A program made the position numbers and the translations under genes. A stretch of DNA of 13,069 nucleotides, taken from NCBI GenBank assembly GCA_041178085.1, contig JBEGVZ010000064.1, forward strand, positions 1-13,069. Direction: 5' to 3'. The notes under the pieces were generated by a model. The model saw only the letters and a program-made list of their open reading frames with translations, had not been told where the DNA came from and did no database searches. Below are positions 8,484 through 13,069 of this stretch, one piece after another. Positions within the stretch are counted from its first letter, which is position 1. Every line of letters begins with the position of its first letter. Source of the stretch: Pseudomonadota bacterium (lineage in GTDB: Bacteria; Bdellovibrionota_B; Oligoflexia; Oligoflexales; RGVZ01).

Positions 8484-8609
8484 GAAGCTTCCCCTGCGTA
8501 GGATCGGCATGAAAAATCACTGCTCAACATCAGTCGCGAAAAGCGTACAATGCCCGGGTCACCGCGTAAAGCGGCCCAGTAAAAAAGAAACCCCGGGGGA
8601 AATCCAACC

Positions 8610-9653
8610 ATGCTGAGCGCAAAAGCCTATGCCGCCAAGACTGCAACCTCGCAACTCGCTCCTTTCAATTTTTCCCGCCGCGAAGTCGGCGCCGATGATG
8701 TCTTGATTGAAATCAGCCACTGTGGCGTCTGCCATTCAGACATTCACCAGGCGCGCGACGAATGGGGTGGGTCGATTTTCCCGATGGTACCTGGTCACGA
8801 GATCGTCGGACGCGTCACCAAAGTCGGCGCCAATGTCAAAAATTTCAAGGCGGGGGATCTGGCCGGTGTCGGCTGCATGGTCGACTCATGCCGCACATGT
8901 GGAAGCTGCAAGGAAGGTCTTGAACAATACTGTGAAGGGCATGCCGTCGTCACTTACAACGGCCTTGAAAAAGACCTGAAGACCCCGACCTACGGTGGCT
9001 ATTCGAACCTCATCGTGGTCGACGAGAAATACACCCTGAAGATGCCTTCCAACCTGGATCCGGCAGCAAGCGCCCCGCTCCTTTGCGCAGGCGTCACCAC
9101 CTGGTCACCGCTTCGCCACTGGAAGGTCGGCCCCGGCATGAAACTTGGCGTGGTCGGACTGGGTGGCCTTGGTCACATGGCAGTCAAACTAGGTGCGTCG
9201 ATGGGATCCGAAGTCACTGTCTTCAGCACGTCAAGGGCAAAGCAAGCAGATGCCGCACGCCTCGGCGCAAGGAACTTTGTCGCGACGGCTGAAAAGGGCG
9301 CATTGGAAAGCAATGCCAAGACGATGGACTTGATCATCAACACCGTTTCTGCACCGCACAACATGGACGGCTACCTCAATCTTCTCAAGCGCGATGGCAC
9401 GATGGTCCTGGTCGGTGTTTCGCCTGAACAAATTCCCGTTTCGGCATTCAGTGTGATCGGCAAACGTCGACGTCTGGCCGGGTCGCTTATTGGCGGGATC
9501 AAGGAAACGCAGGAGATGCTGGACTACTGTGGTAAGCACAACATCACCTCCGATATCGAGCTGATCCCCATCAAGGATATCAACGACGCCTACGAGCGAA
9601 TGATCGCTGGAAAAGTACGCTACCGGTTTGTGATCGACATGAAAACGCTCTGA
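8610..9653 (+). CDS. Zn-dependent NAD(P)H alcohol/aldehyde dehydrogenase (cinnamyl-ADH / YahK-like MDR family)
   Basis: CGVCHSD, GHEIVG, structural-zinc CRTCGSC...C, PLLCAGVT, GLGGLGHM and C-terminal RYRFVID. Confidence 0.95.
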   Translation: MLSAKAYAAKTATSQLAPFNFSRREVGADDVLIEISHCGVCHSDIHQARDEWGGSIFPMVPGHEIVGRVTKVGANVKNFKAGDLAGVGCMVDSCRTCGSCKEGLEQYCEGHAVVTYNGLEKDLKTPTYGGYSNLIVVDEKYTLKMPSNLDPAASAPLLCAGVTTWSPLRHWKVGPGMKLGVVGLGGLGHMAVKLGASMGSEVTVFSTSRAKQADAARLGARNFVATAEKGALESNAKTMDLIINTVSAPHNMDGYLNLLKRDGTMVLVGVSPEQIPVSAFSVIGKRRRLAGSLIGGIKETQEMLDYCGKHNITSDIELIPIKDINDAYERMIAGKVRYRFVIDMKTL

Positions 9654-9682
9654 TCTGGAAAACTGAAGGTCGGAAGTCAGGG

Positions 9683-10957
9683 TCAGGCCCGGCTTCCGAT
9701 CTCGCGGGGATCAAGCACAACGATGACCTTGCCGTCGCCATCGACCGCACCGCCAAAAATCTCAGGGCGGGATGCAAGGGCGCCACCCAGCGGACGCAAG
9801 GTGAGTTCACGATGTTGCACCAGTTCATCAACAACCAGTCCACACTTGCTGCCACGCGATTGAACGATCAGCGCATAGCGACCACGCGTCGGACCAGCAC
9901 CGGCCGCAGGTTCCGCATGGCCCAAAAGTTTAGGAAGAGATACGAGCGGCAAGCTGGTCTCATGGATGTTCAAGAAATCCTGGCCATCGATAGTTTGGAC
10001 ACGCTGACCGTCCAGGCGCAGCGTCTCGACAATGCCGTAATCGGGAAGCGCATAGTGTTGGTCGCCAGCACGAACCACAATCCCCTTGATTCCACGCAGG
10101 GAAGCCGGAACTTCAAACGTGAGGCTACCCTGCCCCGCAGCATCGAAGCTGACAATTCCCTTGATCGCGCGGGCCGATTCAGCCGCCGCCCGGAACCAGG
10201 GAGACTGCGAATGGGTTGCATGCATGTGCTGACCAGTCGCCGGGTCAAGGGCAACAGAAAGGCGGATCATGCCCGCACTCACACGTCCCGTAACCAAGAG
10301 GCGCCCTTGCTCTGCGGCGCCGCGCATCAGCTCTGCCAGCACGGTAGCAACCGGTTGTAGCATCGGGTGATCAAGCTGGACCTGATCCAACTTTATTTCC
10401 GCTGGAATCTGCGCGCCCGTTGCAAGGATCGCCTGCCCAAGAGCGGACGCAAGCTCTTCTCCTGTGCGCCGCTGAACCGTGTCGACGGATGCACGCAACT
10501 TTGCAAACGACTTGACGATCCCTGTCGTCAGGTCGGCGAACTTACGGATCTCACCTGAGGCAGAAAATTGAGGCTCGCTCATCAGTGCCTTGGTGGCACT
10601 GAGCAACTTCAAATGATCAAGCTCAATGGCAGAGATGGCCGTGCTCAAGCGCTCAAGGGCTGCGCCATCGAGCTTGCGAGAATCGCCACCACCAGCCGCC
10701 GCTGCCGTCACCTGGACAGGTTGAGCAGGCGTAGACGAAGTAGACGGCACTTCTTCGGAAGCTGAGCCAACCCCCAGCCACCCACGCAGTCCTGCCAGCA
10801 ATTCGATCGTATCAATGATCAAATGACGCGTGTCATCATCACTCTCGCGCTGCCCGGCGGGAAGACGTGCGATGTCCTGAAGCCGCGTTTGCAATGCTGG
10901 CAGGATGTCAGCGACGAGGCTGTCAAAAACAGTTTTGGTGGCGGGATCCATTCCCAT
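9683..10957 (-). CDS. Degenerate CheA-like protein with an intact C-terminal CheW-like (P5) domain
   Basis: The C-terminus matches CheA P5 (FEVPASLRGIKGIVVRAGDQHYALP...LPLVSLPKLLG...GLVVDELVQHRELTLRPLG...IFGGAVDGDGKVIVVLDP). Upstream segments align with CheA P3/P4 but lack the catalytic boxes. The start is uncertain: ATG 10957 (AGGA upstream), ATG 10951, or TTG 10978 overlapping the upstream stop. Confidence 0.8.
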   Translation of the reverse strand: MGMDPATKTVFDSLVADILPALQTRLQDIARLPAGQRESDDDTRHLIIDTIELLAGLRGWLGVGSASEEVPSTSSTPAQPVQVTAAAAGGGDSRKLDGAALERLSTAISAIELDHLKLLSATKALMSEPQFSASGEIRKFADLTTGIVKSFAKLRASVDTVQRRTGEELASALGQAILATGAQIPAEIKLDQVQLDHPMLQPVATVLAELMRGAAEQGRLLVTGRVSAGMIRLSVALDPATGQHMHATHSQSPWFRAAAESARAIKGIVSFDAAGQGSLTFEVPASLRGIKGIVVRAGDQHYALPDYGIVETLRLDGQRVQTIDGQDFLNIHETSLPLVSLPKLLGHAEPAAGAGPTRGRYALIVQSRGSKCGLVVDELVQHRELTLRPLGGALASRPEIFGGAVDGDGKVIVVLDPREIGSRA

Positions 10958-10974
10958 TGCGTGGATTCCTGAAT

Positions 10975-11481
10975 TCAAGAGGCCTTCGAAATATTACCGC
11001 TGACAAACATGAAGTAGGCATCTTCCAAGGCGTCAAACACGAGCTTCTTCTTGCACTTCTCACAATGCATCTCGGGCGCCACGTGACTGCGGATTTCCGC
11101 AACGTGGTCCTTGGTGATCAGAAGACGATTCGTTTCGCCATGATCGTCACAGGCGTAAGGCGCATAGAACGACTCCACCACACCGTTGCCGAGCGAATCA
11201 GGTACCATGTTGATCTGATCGATCATGGTCACCGAGCAGCGCTTGAAAAACATCTGGCCCAGGCCGCTCAGGTCACGCACGAGGTAGACCCATTCCCGGA
11301 TACCAACCGAGTTGAAGTTATTGACGTTCTCAAGGATGAAGTTGATGTTGCGGGCGCTGAGCCGTGGCACATCCGCTTGCCGGAAATTTTCATCGACGTC
11401 GCCATCAAAAGTGTAGGTAACGGAATCCGCACCTTTTTCGATGGTGATCTTCAAAGCGCCAAAGTTAATGGTATCGGCCAC
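10975..11481 (-). CDS. STAS-like domain protein with a C-terminal zinc-ribbon-like motif
   Basis: FDGDVDE...FILENVNNFNSVGIREW resembles STAS LxGxLD...lDLxxVxfiDSxGL. It also has CDDH and CEKC metal-ligand pairs. GTG start with SD GGAGGT at 11494-11489. Confidence 0.75.
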   Translation of the reverse strand: MADTINFGALKITIEKGADSVTYTFDGDVDENFRQADVPRLSARNINFILENVNNFNSVGIREWVYLVRDLSGLGQMFFKRCSVTMIDQINMVPDSLGNGVVESFYAPYACDDHGETNRLLITKDHVAEIRSHVAPEMHCEKCKKKLVFDALEDAYFMFVSGNISKAS

Positions 11482-11486
11482 GACTA

Positions 11487-11550
11487 AAACCTCCGGAGGA
11501 CAGGATGGCGTCCTCGCTCTGCTGCAAAATCTGGAAGTCTTGTCGGAGGT

Positions 11551-11552
<2 letters not shown>
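11487..11552 (-). promoter_or_regulatory. Intergenic inverted repeat that can sequester the SD of the STAS-like gene
   Basis: mRNA AAACCTCCG (11552-11544) is the perfect complement of CGGAGGTTT (11495-11487). A nested GAGGAC/GTCCTC stem lies at 11515-11510/11501-11496. Confidence 0.5.

Positions 11553-13069
<1,517 letters not shown>

Noticed and set aside
8523..8551. TACAAT (8546-8551) as the -10 element of the ADH gene
   Set aside because: There is no convincing -35 or extended -10. It is plausible but too weak to list.
9683..10957. Calling this gene cheA or a pseudogene
   Set aside because: The catalytic boxes are absent, so it is not a canonical cheA. The frame is intact with a well-preserved P5 domain, so there is no direct evidence of pseudogenisation.
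9812..11487. Plus-strand ORFs 9812-10360 and 10867-11487
   Set aside because: They are antisense to the better-supported CheA-like and STAS-like genes and have no motifs.

Overview
A gene-dense bacterial window with 10 supportable CDSs and no rRNA, tRNA, CRISPR array or mobile element. A Gram-negative Bdellovibrionota/Myxococcota-type host is inferred from gene content only. Left to right: a 5'-truncated hypothetical protein coupled to a secreted patatin-like protein with altered catalytic motifs (+); fadD, a lipoprotein alpha/beta-hydrolase and a COG4313-like outer-membrane barrel (all -); an orphan ParA ATPase (-); a Zn-dependent alcohol/aldehyde dehydrogenase (+); then a minus-strand run which, in transcription order, is eno (partial), an M28/glutaminyl-cyclase-like enzyme, a STAS/zinc-ribbon protein and a degenerate CheA-like protein. 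Two candidate systems stand out. (1) A CheA-derived pseudokinase that keeps its CheW-like P5 domain, coupled to a STAS/Zn-ribbon protein. (2) A putative lipid-scavenging module (barrel, lipoprotein esterase, FadD) whose two promoters share TGnTAAACTTTTC. Two Shine-Dalgarno-occluding hairpins are also visible. All family calls come from motif recognition by eye; no searches were run.
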